DNA of 63,684 nt, counting the filler, from Octopus bimaculoides (lineage: Eukaryota): the NCBI RefSeq assembly GCF_001194135.2. It is 6 parts of 6 records of this genome, joined end to end, with 100 filler letters (N's around TTAATTAATTAA, not from the genome) between each part and the next. Parts side by side here need not be neighbours in the genome. Positions count along the whole stretch, not along the records: positions 8,861 to 28,956 come from NC_068994.1; positions 29,057 to 47,141 come from NC_068998.1; 4 more parts are not named here. One strand, given 5' to 3'. Of this stretch, positions 26,390 through 39,703 are shown piece after piece. Position numbers and translations under genes: made by a program. Each line of letters opens with the position of its first letter. Position 1 is the first letter of the stretch. The notes beneath the pieces were generated by a model. That model did no database searches and had not been told where the DNA came from. It saw only the letters and a list, made by a program, of their open reading frames with translations.

Positions 26390-26530
26390 CTCCTTCTTTC
26401 TTTCAAATTTCCTTTCTGTGTAAGAGCGTAGGTTCGAAACGTTAAAGACTTTTTCAATTCCCGAGCGTTATACTAATACATATGTTTGTTTTCTCCACCA
26501 CCTGTCTTCGTCTGTTGTTTTTGTGTGAAT

Positions 26531-26535
<5 letters not shown>
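26390..26535 (+). mobile_element. Penelope-like terminal fragment with degenerate hammerhead motif (26412-26447)
   Basis: Close match to 63500-63645. The motif reads CUUU-CUGUGUA-A-GAGC-GUAG-GUUC-GAAAC-GUU-AAAG. Confidence 0.75.
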
Positions 26536-26616
<81 letters not shown>

Positions 26617-27448
26617 TTTCTATGTATGTGCATGCTCATATATGCATGCGTATGTGTGCCTATTCATATATGTATAAACGTATCTCTAAATCGCGTCGGA
26701 ATTGTCATACCCAAACAGAAACACCTGCAAATATTTCAATACATACACCTACAATCGTATATAGGCATATTTATGAGTTTTACTAAAAAAAAAACGTTCA
26801 GATTTAGTGAGATACTGTCATAAATATTGTTTTTCCTAGATTTAAATATAATATTCTGCATCTGCTCGGGGGCTTCGTGTTAATGTTTATATACCTCAAT
26901 CATAGAGAAAAATAAGCTACATTGCAATATCTCACTCACAGGTAGCAATTTCCGTTTGCACATATTATATTTATAGTTGCCCTTTCCTTCAAGTCGATAT
27001 CATATATTACTAATAATGCCATATAAAACAATTTCTCATATGTTTTGTGGAAATTGCACAACATATTTAGTCATATGTTTTATTCATTTTTTTTTATAGA
27101 ATTTTGTTCGCTTTTGCTTGATCCTTGTCATGCTAATTTCTAAACTTATGTACGTTCAAAACGAAATATAGTAGTCTTCCCACTAATTTATATATGAGTA
27201 CCAATGTTTAGGAATATGTTTAATATGCAAATTCGTTTTTCCAGTTGTGTTACAGCGCTAAACCTAATAGTATTTAAGCAATGTATTCGTGGATAGTTGA
27301 TGGGTTCCATGTGGTGCTTATCAAAGTGTAATAACCCTTGAAATATGCTTCTTCACCCATTACTTATTATTTCTATCTTCAATTGCATTGTTTGAGCAGA
27401 CGCATTTGTTTACGAACCATCGTAACTCGCTGTACCGATTCTGAAGTA

Positions 27449-27981
27449 CGAGTGGTTCAGGTGTTTCCAAGATGGCCAAAATAGGTGAGAAAAACATCGT
27501 AGATGTGCGTGCAGCCGGGATCGGAAATCGTCGAATCACCATCTATTAGTTATCAGAGGATGTACAGATTAGTTACAGTTCAGTTCAGTCCATTGTCACT
27601 GAAGATTTGGGTATGAGATGCGTACCTACCAAGCTTGTGCCAAAACTGCTTTCAAATGACCAAGAAGACACTCGGGTTTCAGTTGCCCAATATCTTGAAT
27701 GTGTCGAGAACGATGAAAACTTTGCGTAGACATCTGAGCAGGTATCACCAAGCGTTTGGCAGATTCTCTGCTCAACTATCTCTGTCATGGTCAATGCGAG
27801 GAACATACCTACACACATTTCTTCAAAGTACTGCTGTAAATAGCGAAAGTGAGCTAGAACGTTACAACTTAGTGCGCATGCACAATAGTATTCAAGGTCA
27901 GTCTGTGCCAAGCGGCTTTACTCCACGTGCATTAGCTTTGTTAGTACGACAACGGTCCGTATACTTATTGATTAGACCAAC
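27449..27981 (+). mobile_element. Mariner-derived non-autonomous element, left part missing (paralogue of 34842)
   Basis: YEWFRCF HTH remnant, the same internal breakpoint as 34842-35722, and right TIR ...TACTTATTGATTAGACC followed by TA. Confidence 0.85.
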
Positions 27982-28774
27982 TATGTATGGCTATGTACGT
28001 GCCTATGTGTGTGTACACACAAACGCACACATACATACACACACATATACACATTTATATATGTGTGTGTGTATTTGTTTATGTAACTGGTTCAAGCTGC
28101 TCCAGGGACTCAATCAAAACCAAGCTTCCATTTTACCATTTCTGAATATGATACGAATAGAAAGATTGAAATTCAAGTGGCCTAAACCTTAATACATTTT
28201 ACCCTGTATTGGAATGAGACATACGAAATACACGAGTAACAAGGAAAATATATTCATTATATATATATATATATATATAATAAAACGAAACAAGTAACGA
28301 AGTATATAAGGAGAATGTAAACTGGATATTAATTACAGCACGAAAATTATTTCTGCATGGAAAGACACTTAGACTTAGATGTTTTATTTTCATTTCTTAT
28401 AGAGTTATTTAATGTAACAACGACACGGATATTAAATACATATTTGCAGTATTATTAATACAAAGACACACTGCCATGCATGCGTACATATACGTATACA
28501 TGAACACAAACGCACACGCATACACGTATATTCATATATACGAATTGATAATTAAGTACGAACGTATATGTACGCATCTATACTGAGTAAACGTGTATGC
28601 ACACTCGACATATATACATATGTACATAAACCAGACATGCACATACATAGACAAACGTGTATACATACATACATACGTACATACACATACACATATATAT
28701 AAATACATATATATATGTATATAAATATATGTATATATAAATACATATATATATATATATGTATATATATATAG

Positions 28775-28805
<31 letters not shown>

Positions 28806-28813
28806 CACATACT

Positions 28814-28851
<38 letters not shown>

Positions 28852-29058
28852 ACTGTGCGTATACGGAGTGTATATGTACAAACAGATGCATATAAGCATA
28901 TATTTCATCTACCTATCTATGCATATCTACATACACACATATAAATGCACAATATANNNNNNNNNNNNNNNNNNNNNNNNNNNNNNNNNNNNNNNNNNNN
29001 TTAATTAATTAANNNNNNNNNNNNNNNNNNNNNNNNNNNNNNNNNNNNNNNNNNNNCT

Positions 29059-30200
29059 ATCAATCGAAGGAGCCTTTTCATTGTGTGTTTTGTCTTCTGC
29101 CCAAATTTTATTCCAAAATTCTTGCACGTCTTCTTTTGATGGGTCAGACTTTACTGTAACTGGTATTTTTCTTATCTTCCAGTAAAAATACTTGGGGTTA
29201 TTTTTTAACATGTTGTTGTCCTTGAAGAATCTAACGCGTTTTTCATACCTTGCTATGCGGGCGGCTTTAGCACATACCTTTTGCTTGATAGTTTCCATGG
29301 TGGTATCAATGTTAAGTATGATTTTCATATTAGATTTTTTCTTTAGTTTTCGGATTTTTGTAGGTTTGATAGTCTTGTCGAACTTAAGGTTTTTAAAACA
29401 TTCTATGTCAGACCTAACTAACTGGATTTGGTGTTGAATACATTCTTGCCAAGAAGGCTTTTTGTGGGAATGTTGTTTTCTAATCCTTTTACCACATAGA
29501 ATCGTTGAGATTTCCGCGGATGCGGAAGTGGTTGAGATCTGTAATATCTACATCATTAGCCGAAATTATATCCTTAAATGCAAGGCGGATTTTACCAATT
29601 ATTTTAAGGTTTTGGTTAGAATTGCGAATTTTTAGAAGAATGTCGCGTTCATTCATACTGGTTTCTTCAATTTTCAGCCATTTCTTTAATTTTCAGCCTC
29701 TGTAGTATCTTCTTTAACTGCAGTTTCGTTCCCTTTATACCTTACTGCTTGTTTAATTTGGTCAATCTCTACTTCAGTTAATAATTTCCTTTCCATTATG
29801 TTTCTTCCGACGTTGGCAAGTTTGTTACTGTCTATGTAGGGTCTCACTTCAAGGTATTTCTGTTTCCAGTTTAAGTAGGTTTGTACAGTATTAAGATTTA
29901 TTTGTGGGGAAACATATGGTATGGTAGAAGGCCGTAAAAACTTCTTCATTATCTCCCCTAGACCATTTTTCATTCTTTTTCGTTTAGTTATTTGACGACG
30001 AGCATGGATGGCCATCTGTTGGAATATTCCGGTTGTGGGGTACTTCCAGCTCCAATGTTTCAGGAAGATTTGAACTAGTAGCTGATTTTTTATATCGAAT
30101 CTGGTTCATCATTTGCGTACGTGGCCCTTTGTGAAGCGGTCGATAACCAATCCGGTTTGTATTTTGCTTTGTTATCATTGAGGCATGATGAGCTTTGACG
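29059..30200 (-). mobile_element. R4/Dong-type non-LTR retrotransposon, N-terminal ORF region (frameshifted), cut by a gap
   Basis: KQKVCAKAARIARYEKRVRFFKDNNMLKNNPKYFY...PSKEDVQEFWNKIW is typical of the pre-RT region of R4/Dong ORFs. Confidence 0.8.
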
Positions 30201-30459
30201 TTGACATTAGGGGAAGGATCTGAATGTGTGTCCTGTAGATTTCATGTAGTTGTGTAAACATTGAGTTGTATGTGTAGTCATATGGATATCAAAATGTATA
30301 TATGATTATGTAGACATTCGAGTGTGTGCGTAATTACTCAATTTATGTACCTACTATTTTGTTCCATTTATATTTTATAATTTGTAAACTTTCCGGGGTT
30401 AATTTCGCATGTGTTTCGCACATGTCTCACTGAGACATCGTGCATAGGAGAAACTGTCT

Positions 30460-30595
<136 letters not shown>

Positions 30596-30596
30596 T

Positions 30597-30812
30597 CAGG
30601 GCGGTGGATTGGTAGAATCGTTAGCGCATTCAAACTAAATGCTTCCGATGTTTCTTCTGGCTTCCTGTGTTCAAATCATATCGACGTAAACTTTGCCGTT
30701 CATCCTTTCAAGGTTGAGAAAAATGAGGAAACAGTCAAGCACTGGGATCGATGATATTGATTGGCTAATCCCTTTCACTCAATCTTGCCAGCTTGGTGCC
30801 TAAACTAAAGAC
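30597..30812 (+). mobile_element. SINE, diverged
   Basis: GGGCGGTGGATTGGTAGAATCGTTAGC...CTTTGCCGTTCATCCTTTC...GGTGCCTAAA. Confidence 0.75.
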
Positions 30813-31685
30813 AATTATTGTTGTTGCTGTTGCTGCTGCTGCTACTGTTGGTGGTGGTGTTATTAAGTGGGATTAATTGCATTCAATAAAAAGCTTAGCG
30901 TCCATCTTTGTAGATGGAGGGTTGCTCCATAAAGTTTTGTAACAAAATACTACTCATTCTACTCGTCTAAAAACTTATGAACAGTTGTATACGATATAAT
31001 AAACAAAGGGGTGATATTTGAACTTCCTGTAGGAACAGTGACTTTCAAAATTACATTATCAGTATCTCATGTCAGCTGGATTCGGCGATAGATATCTTCA
31101 CCTTATTCTTATTCCATTTTGGTAAAGAAAAACTCAAAGATAAAAATAGTTTTGAATAAACAAAGACTGTGTACATGTTACTATTTATAAGTTTGCATTA
31201 TTATATGAATAATTGTGTGTATGTGTGTGTGTATATGTACAGCTATATCTATCAATCTATCTATCTAATGTATGTATGTATGCATGTATGTATGTAAGTT
31301 ACGTCTGTATATAAATATGTGAGTTGCGTGAGTATTTACACATGTGTATATATATATAATTGTGGGTTGGTAACCAGATTAGTTCCTGATTCATAAATAT
31401 TTCATGCGACTGAAGTTAGTCAACAGAACTTAATGATGTAACTGAAATAATTATTATAAAAGCTATTTCAGAATCACTGATGGGTATTATTTGTTAATGT
31501 AAAGCACGTAAAACCCTGAGACACAAGAAAAATAATTTGCTTTGCCAAAATACAATTACAACAGACTTTTAAAAATGTATTGAGCCCTATGCTTTATTGC
31601 ACGGAAACAAAGAAACATATGAGTGTGTGCGTATGTGTGTGCATGTATACACACACACATACATGTTCATATATATACATATATA

Positions 31686-31725
<40 letters not shown>

Positions 31726-32637
31726 CACACACATACACACACACTTTCGTACTTTCAAACACATATGTATGAGTGTTAGAGTATATATTCTCTGGATCGT
31801 TTACTCTTTTCTTAACCCATTTATCTAAGTTTCTTCGACTATTGTTCTTACTTAACAGAATTATTTGAAGTCAGATGTGAGGATTTCTAACCGTTTTAAA
31901 TGTTAGTTGTTTACTTACAAACTTCCCGTTCCAGTTGTTTAACTGTTTACTGTGTCTTTTACGTTTTAAAATGCATTTTGACCCCAGAAACACAGACCAA
32001 ACATGACAAGAAAACCATATGTCTACCGAAGTTGTTGCAAGTCAAGAAGTTTATGAGATAGTTTTATGGCGAAATTTCAATCCACAAACAAAAAATACCA
32101 ATAAATTATCAAATGAATTTAGATGCGTCTCGGCAAGTTGGTTAATGTCCGCCCTGGAAAACTTAACTATAATGGATTAAGAGAACGAAGTTGCTTTAAT
32201 GTCACTAAGCAGTTTGGATTTATAAATTCAATTGGTTTTCTAGTGATTTTAAGGAATAATTACCGTACCAATGTTAGAATGAATGTTAATTTCACAACAC
32301 TCTAGCTGTGATAGTTGTTCGTTAGTTGACTCCGTTCAATAATTGAAACAACATACTGCAGGAACAAAGAGCAGTGTTTTAAACAAATTAGATTCATCAG
32401 ACTTCAATGAAAATTACACTAAACCAGACAGAATTTCAGTCAAAAACGTTAAGTCAGTAGAATTTTCTCATTTTTTAAAAAGGCATCAAGGATTGGATAC
32501 TTTTTGGGAAAAAAATAATAGGAAAAGTGAATTCTCATCATATTCGAATCTATGGCAAATTACTGCATTAGCGAGGCTACACCCTCTTCACTGAAGGACA
32601 TATTGGTGATTAGCATGGGATCTCGTTTATTCTCACT

Positions 32638-32937
32638 TTGTTGTTGTTTGTTTCTTCTCGAGCCATGCCTGGCTCATGAGGGCCGTTTTCCCGGTTTCAT
32701 TGGCGTATAGGTTCTCCACCTGGACGGGACGCTGATCCGTCGCAAGTGAGCCGCTAAATACAGGAGGAAAGAGTGAGAGAAAGTTGCAGCGAAAGAGTCA
32801 GCAGAAGTTAGCTATTACCTTCTGGCGGAGCCGCGTGGAGCTTAGGTGTTTCGCTCATAAACATACACATCACCCGATCTGAGATTCGAACCCGCGATCC
32901 CTCGACCGCGAGTCCGCTGCTCTAACCACTAAGCCAC
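32638..32937 (-). mobile_element. tRNA-derived SINE with (CAA)n tail
   Basis: Minus-strand head TGGCTTAGTGGTTAGAGCAGCGGACTCGCGG...GGTTCGAATCTC contains A and B boxes. Confidence 0.85.
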
Positions 32938-34186
32938 TTATTTTCGCTTTAGGAATTTGTAAATTAATATAGGAAGTAATGGAGTTGTCATATGTGTTAG
33001 ATTAATTTTTGAAATATTTCCTATCTGGCTTGACGAGTGAATGCGTGTATGACATGGACAAACTGCAGCGGAAAATCCAGATCCTATCAAGCTAGAGTAT
33101 TCTGTAGACCACTGGGTAAGGATAGCATAGGTTGTGCACAACAGGTTGTCAAAAACGTGCATTGCGTGGTAGGTGCCTTAAACGAAGTGCAGAGGCCGAG
33201 TGTATCTAGCGCTGTGGTCGTGAGTTAATGCTCAGGGTAAAACAAGTACGGTAAACTGCAAAATATATGCAGGATGCACTGAGTCGAGTAAGATTTCTAT
33301 ATCTACACCGTAGCCAGAGCGAAGTCTTATAGAGAAAAGAGAATGAATGGCTGAAAAGAAGTACAGAAAGTACAGTGTTCTTTTCTTTTCTCTCTTTTTA
33401 AATGCTAGGACAATTTGTTAGACGGTGTTAACAGGTTTGGTTAAGTTAAACCGGGAAGCGAGTTCAATAGCAGGGGTAAGGTTAAGCAGTGTCGCTAAGT
33501 GCAGCATGTGAAAGGCATAATGTCGAGAATTAAAGCTTAAGATTGACAAAGACGTGGGAACAAATCGTAGAAGCATATTAGTGTGTATGTGTGGAATTGT
33601 ATTGCATGTTTGTAAGACTAGTTAGCACCACAAAGAAAAGTGCAGCAAATATTAAGTACTCTGAGACAATGGAAATATTCATACGAAAAACAGGTAGCGA
33701 AAACCATTGCAAAGCAAGAGAACAATGTGCGATGTGAGCACGTGATGGATGGTGCGTGGGTCTGTATGGGATGAATGTGGCATTAATTATGTTACAGGTT
33801 TACAAGTGTGTTATCATATGATCGACATGAAGTTTGCAGGATAAAAAAAAAGACAGTCAATAAAAAACGAACTGCAATGTAAATAAATGAACGAAAGAAA
33901 GACACACTGCTCAATATATACAGAATTTGCCACTGGAAAATTGGTGTTGAAACGAAAAAAAAAAAAAAGAATCATATAAATATGAGAGAAAAAAACCAGT
34001 TCCTGGGAGTCTTTATAATGTATATACTAAGTTTTTGTGTCAATTTAAGCGAATAATGTTGGTTCTGAACCTCTGGTCGCGAAATGAAGCTAATGTATAT
34101 AAACAGTATCGTGACTTCTTTTTCTTTAAACCAGAAAACTTCTTAAAGCTTACACAGCCAATTACGTTCTGTCAAGCGTTTGAGAT

Positions 34187-34330
34187 AGGCATAAGCAACC
34201 TTCTTCGAGAAGCAGGCCGCGTGAGACATGGCTCATCATAAGGTGGGCCGCACTACTAAAAACTTGAAGGTATCTTTTCGTAATGGGAATCATTCAGAAA
34301 GTCCCGCGGGCTGCAGATTGCCCTTTATTA
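34187..34330. mobile_element. Possible decayed hAT-type MITE
   Basis: GCAACC...GGCCGC...GGGCCGC...GCGGGCTGCAGATTGCC pattern; the termini are poorly preserved. Confidence 0.3.
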
Positions 34331-34841
34331 GTTTAAGGCAGGCAGCATTAAAATTTGGTTTCACCCATCCAGCAATTTAGGTATACATTATTATTTATTT
34401 ACATATATACATATATATATTTTTTAATTTTTAACCAGGGAACATCTTAACGTATATACAAGTACATTTAAGCTATGCTACACCTGAATTATCACTTGCT
34501 GTTTAAAAATTAATGCAATTATTGTTTTAATATTTTGAATTGCTTTACTGCTAGTTGAGGTTGTTTCCTTCTTTTGTGGGTAGTTTATGAACAAGTACCA
34601 AAATTTTATTCATTCAGCTAATTCTATTTGTAATATTTCTGTTATTACCCATCGGTGGTAATGAATTTTTTCAATGAATCGAGTAAAACATCATTTAATT
34701 CTCCTGATTTTAATGACAAGAAACGCTTAGTCGACAGTGGAAAGTTTATTCCGACGATAAATTCGACGAAAGTTAACAAAGGATATATGAGAAAATTAAA
34801 CTCTGAACTATATGTAAATTATAAACGGTCATGTGAAAATA

Positions 34842-35722
34842 CGAGGTTTGATCAACAAGTATTCGGACTGTTGCTAAAGCACGCAGAGTGAAGCCGCTTA
34901 GAAAAGATTGACCTTGAACTCTGCTGTGCATGTGCACTACGTTTTAACGTTCTAGCTCATTTCCGCTGTTTACAGCAGTGTTTGGAAGGAAGGTGTGTAG
35001 TGTGTGATCGTCGCATTGACCATGACAGAGAAAGTTGTTATGGCGACACCTGCTAAGAGGTCAACACAAAGTTGCAAAAAATGTATGGAGAGGAGTGTAT
35101 GAGCCGCACAAAAGTGTACGAGTGGTTCAGACGTTTCCATGATGGCCCCCAAATTGTCGATATTGACGAACGTTCTAGGTGACCCACAACCAGCAGAACT
35201 GAGAAAAACATCGCAGATGAGCGTGCAGCTGTGATGGGAAATCGTCGAATCACCATCCGTGAGTTGTCAGAGGTTGTGCAGAAAAGTTACGGTTCAGTTC
35301 AGTTCATTATCACTGGAGATTTGGGTATGAGACGCGTGTCTGCCAAGTTTTTGTCAAAACTGCTTTTAGCTAACCAAAATGACACTCGGGTGTCAGTTGC
35401 ACAAGATCTCCTTGATTGTGTCGAAAACGATTAAAACTTTTTAAAAACTTTGCTTAGGTCTCTGAGCAGCTATCGCCAAGCTTTTGGCAAAATTTGATGC
35501 AGATTTTCTGCTCAACTTTCTCTATCGTGGTCAATGCGATGATCACACGCTACACACCTTCCTTCCAAGCACTGCTGTAAGCAGCGGAAGTGAGCCAGAG
35601 CGTTAAAACTTAATGCGCATGCACAGCAAAGTTCAAGGCCAATCTTTGCCAAGCGGCTTTACTCTGTATGCTTTAGCTTTGTTAGTATGACAACAGTCCG
35701 GATACTTATTGATCAGACCACG
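34842..35722 (+). mobile_element. Mariner-derived foldback element with ~200-bp inverted arms and TA target duplication
   Basis: TA|CGAGGTTTGATCAACAAGTA ... TACTTATTGATCAGACCACG|TA. Internal transposase remnant MYGEECMSRTKVYEWFRRF ... RRITIRELSEVV ... MRRVSAKF. Confidence 0.92.
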
Positions 35723-37139
35723 TATCCCTTCTAATAAACTGTAGCGTTAACTATGTCTATTATTTTCAAATTAATTGGTTTGCATACTGCAATTTCTCAC
35801 CACAACAATTTGGAAGAACAGGTAAAATCGATTTAGTGCTTGTTAAACAGAAATCACTAGCAAAAGTAAGAGAGTAGCAAAAGACTATTTATCTGCCCTG
35901 TAATACTCATAAACTCAATCTCGTTTTAAGTCAAGCTATTACTCATATTTCTGAGTACAGTCTCTTTTGTAACTATATTCAGTAGTATATCGTCTGTTTT
36001 TAGCAGTTTTGTGATGGAACTATTCCTCTTGATTAGAGAAGAACACAGAGAGAAAAAAAAAAGGGAAACAGAAAATTTTAGTCTGGAAAATCCAGAATTT
36101 TTTTAATGATAAAGTGAAAAATGATGTAAAAGGATTTCCAGGAGGTATTGTAACGTTTCAAGTTAAATTTTATCACAAGTATTTATTTGCATTTTTCTCG
36201 TTTATTGAACTTCTTTTTAAAGTGCTGCAAATAAAACCTTTAGATATCGTTTTTAGTAGTATTATTGTTGAAAGAACTCTTGCCAAAGTTCAAGAAATTA
36301 AGAGATCTGTTACGTCGGGAGTGGAGTTCGGCGAAAGACAAATGTGGTGCCCCGCTTAGAAAAATAGGTAATCTTTCACCACAAGAGTATTATCGAAAAG
36401 TTTTCCCTGAAATATTTGATAATAGTATCGTTCAGATTAAGGTGCAATTTAATCTTTTACAAAATTGGAGGTTTATCAAATTTTTGAACTGTCAAAAATT
36501 CAAGTTCTGTGATAATGCTTTTCCAAAGAGAGCTCTCTAATTTCTAAAAGATAAAAAAAATTGAAATGAAATACATGGTTTTCCACAACTGCATAAACTA
36601 GTGAATTTGGTCTTATTTACCTATTTTAGCCTCATCTTATTCAGTGGTCTTTTTTCTACGCTTTAAAGAATAAAGTAATGCCCATGGTCGCAAAAGATTA
36701 TTAAACTTTGTACTGCTCTCAATTGGAAAAAACATATCTGAAGAAAATGATAAAGGAGCAAGAATATCTTTACTCTTTTCTCACACAAGAGTTTTGTCAA
36801 CAAACTCGCAGAAAAGACTTTCACTTTAAGTAAATTATTTTTCTCTTCAACTTAAAGTCACTGCGAAGTAATGCGAGGCACTGTAAATTTGCATAAAGGC
36901 ATAAGATTGAATGCAAATAACAAAGCTAATTTTCATATAAATCAAATGACAACTTAAAAATAGATACATACGATATGCCTCACCTTACCAGGAGTCGCCT
37001 CTGATACATACATACATACATACATACATACATACAATTTGTATATATGGACGTTATGTATATATGTACGTATGCACATTCACACATATGTACGTATGCT
37101 GGACCACTGAAATCTACAAGTTCTTTTCATTCTCTCTTT

Positions 37140-37285
37140 GTTTATTTTCTGTTATTCCTTTCTGTTGAAGAGCGTAGGCTCGAAACGTAAAAGACTTCTT
37201 CATTTTCCCGAGCGTCCAACTAATACATTTGCTTGTTGTTCATACACCTGTCTTCGTCTTTTGTTTTTCCATAAATTTCAATTAT
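37140..37285 (+). mobile_element. Penelope-like terminal fragment with hammerhead-like motif (37158-37193)
   Basis: CUUU-CUGUUGA-A-GAGC-GUAG-GCUC-GAAAC-GUA-AAAG; paralogous to 26390 and 63500. Confidence 0.78.
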
Positions 37286-37540
37286 ATATGTATGTATATG
37301 TATATATATATACATACATACACACANNNNNNNNNNNNNNNNNNNNNNNNNNNNNNNNNNNNNNNNNNNNNNNNNNNNNNNNNNNNNNNNNNNNNNNNNN
37401 NNNNNNNNNNNNNNNNNNNNNNNNNNNNNNNNNNNNNNNNNNNNNNNNNNNNNNNNNNNNNNNNNNNNNNNNNNNNNNNNNNNNNNATGTATGTATGTAT
37501 GTATGTATGTGTGTGTATGTGTAATTGATTATCGTTTATC

Positions 37541-37789
37541 GTTTACTTGTTTCAGTCATTAGACTGTGACCATGCTGGTGTACCATTTTGAAAAATTTTT
37601 AGTCGAATGAATCAACCCCAGTACTTATGTTATTTTTTAAAGCCCGGTACATAATGTATAAGTTTCTTTTACTGAACCGTTAAGTTACTGGGACGTAATG
37701 ACAACTGCAACGCTTGTCAAGTGGTGGTGGGACACATACATACAGGCAAACAAACACACACACGCATGTACACACACACACACACACAT

Positions 37790-37820
<31 letters not shown>

Positions 37821-37997
37821 AACACACACACATGTACGACGGGGATTTCTTTAAGTTTCCGTCTACGAAATCCACTTAAAAGGCTTTGGTCGACCCGAGT
37901 CTATAGTAGAAGACACTTGCCGAAGGTGGCATGCAGTGGGACTGAACCCGGAACCATGTTGTGGGGGAAGCAAACTTCTTATCACACAGCCACGCCT
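37541..37997 (-). mobile_element. SINE, full length, with internal (CA)n
   Basis: Reverse complement of 53335-53747. Confidence 0.85.
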
Positions 37998-39228
37998 GTA
38001 CCTATTAATTAATTAATTATTAATTTCTGGTCCTCATAACCTTTTATCTTTTTTTCAAATAAAGTAGTGGAGTTGATGGTGGAACAATTGGTATGGGATG
38101 GTGTGTGAGGGTGCAAACAAAAGGAATGTTGGCAGTATAGTGTATCACAGAGTGTGAACTCTAAGTCATTAGTGGGTGTTAAGATTACGAGCAAAGGATT
38201 CTAACTTCTATTCACAACTAATGTCTTCAGTGTGATAGAAGTAATAGTTATTGTTGTGTATCGCACACAATCGTAGCAGTAATGTTGATGTCGGTGGTGG
38301 TGGTTGTTCAGATAAAAAGTAGGCGAGGGTCATCTCCAAATGAGTGCTGTTTTAATGAAGTAGGTTCGTCACCTCAACGTTAAGGTCAGTGAGTGCAGTG
38401 CAATGACAGTACTCTTGCTGTACACAACGATTGGAATGTGTGTGAATGTGTCAAGGGTCAACACATCAGAATGTTAACAACAGGAAGGGTATATTCATAT
38501 GTGGTTGAAGGGTGAGGGTGTGGCCTCTACTACCACGAGCCAACAAGTGAAACTCCGCAAGATCATTCGTCCTGCTAGAAATAGCAGCCAAATCTTCAAA
38601 TCACAACTTACCGTCTTAGAAAAGCCAGACCTTGAAACATAAACTAAGCCGCCCCCACTCCTACAATAAAAGATACCATGCCTTGTGTGCAGCTGAGATT
38701 TNNNNNNNNNNNNNNNNNNNNNNNNNNNNNNNNNNNNNNNNNNNNNNNNNNNNNNNNNNNNNNNNNNNNNNNNNNNNNNNNNNNNNNNNNNNNNNNNNNN
38801 NNNNNNNNNNNNNNNNNNNNNNNNNNNNNNNNNNNNNNNNNNNNNNNNNNNNNNNNNNNNNNNNNNNNNNNNNNNNNNNNNNNNNNNNNNNNNNNNNNNN
38901 NNNNNNNNNNNNNNNNNNNNNNNNNNNNNNNNNNNNNNNNNNNNNNNNNNNNNNNNNNNNNNNNNNNNNNNNNNNNNNNNNNNNNNNNNNNNNNNNNNNN
39001 NNNNNNNNNNNNNNNNNNNNNNNNNNNNNNNNNNNNNNNNNNNNNNNNNNNNNNNNNNNNNNNNNNNNNNNNNNNNNNNNNNNNNNNNNNNNNNNNNNNN
39101 NNNNNNNNNNNNNNNNNNNNNNNNNNNNNNNNNNNNNNNNNNNNNNNNNNNNNNNNNNNNNNNNNNNNNNNNNNNNNNNNNNNNNNNNNNNNNNNNNNNN
39201 NNNNNNNNNNNNNNNNNNNNNNNNNNNN

Positions 39229-39420
39229 GTGATTGGTTGAAATTACAGAAATACGACAACTTTAACATGGAATAACTTGCGATGTACGTTTTTTTTGTTA
39301 AGAAGACTAAGAGTAAAAGATGTTTTATATGACACATTCTACCAGTGTCCCAAGTTTCAAAGTGTTTCGTTAGTGTTTCGTTAAGAAAATACTGGTGCCC
39401 CCGTTTTGAAATAGATCCCA
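39229..39420 (+). repeat. Unclassified interspersed repeat (inverted paralogue at 41339-41540)
   Basis: GTGATTGGTTGAAATTACAGAAATACGACAACTTT matches the reverse complement of ~41485-41521. Confidence 0.65.
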
Positions 39421-39488
39421 GTAATGTATATATATGTGTGTATGCGTGCGCGCGCGCGCGGTTGTGTGTGTGTGTGTGTGTGTGTGTG

Positions 39489-39703
39489 TGGTGAACTAGC
39501 AGAATTGCTAGCACGCCGGGCGAAATGTTTAGTGGCATTTCTTCGGGTCGTATGTTCTGAGTTCAAATGCCACCAAGGTCGACTTTGCCTTTCATCTTAT
39601 CCTTTGGGGGTCGATAAAATAAGTACTAGTTGAGTACTGAGGTCAAGGTAATCGACTTACCCCCTCCCCCAAAACTGCTGGCCTTGTGGCAAAATTTGAA
39701 AAC
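39489..39703 (+). mobile_element. SINE, near full length
   Basis: Head GGTGAACTAGCAGAA, core GGTCGACTTTGCCTTTCATC and tail AAATTTGAAA. Confidence 0.85.

Noticed and set aside
32860-32937. tRNA-like sequence (also 2486, 51082, 52140)
   Set aside because: No acceptor stem, and each continues into a SINE body, so these are SINE heads and not tRNA genes.
33030-33120. Peptide HGQTAAENPDPIKLEYSVDHW ending at a GTAAGG donor
   Set aside because: No usable acceptor upstream and an in-frame stop just before it; the resemblance to reelin-type repeats is too weak.
36265-36540. 91-aa ORF with a G|GTAATC donor-like site
   Set aside because: No recognisable domain, no clear acceptor and no linked exon.
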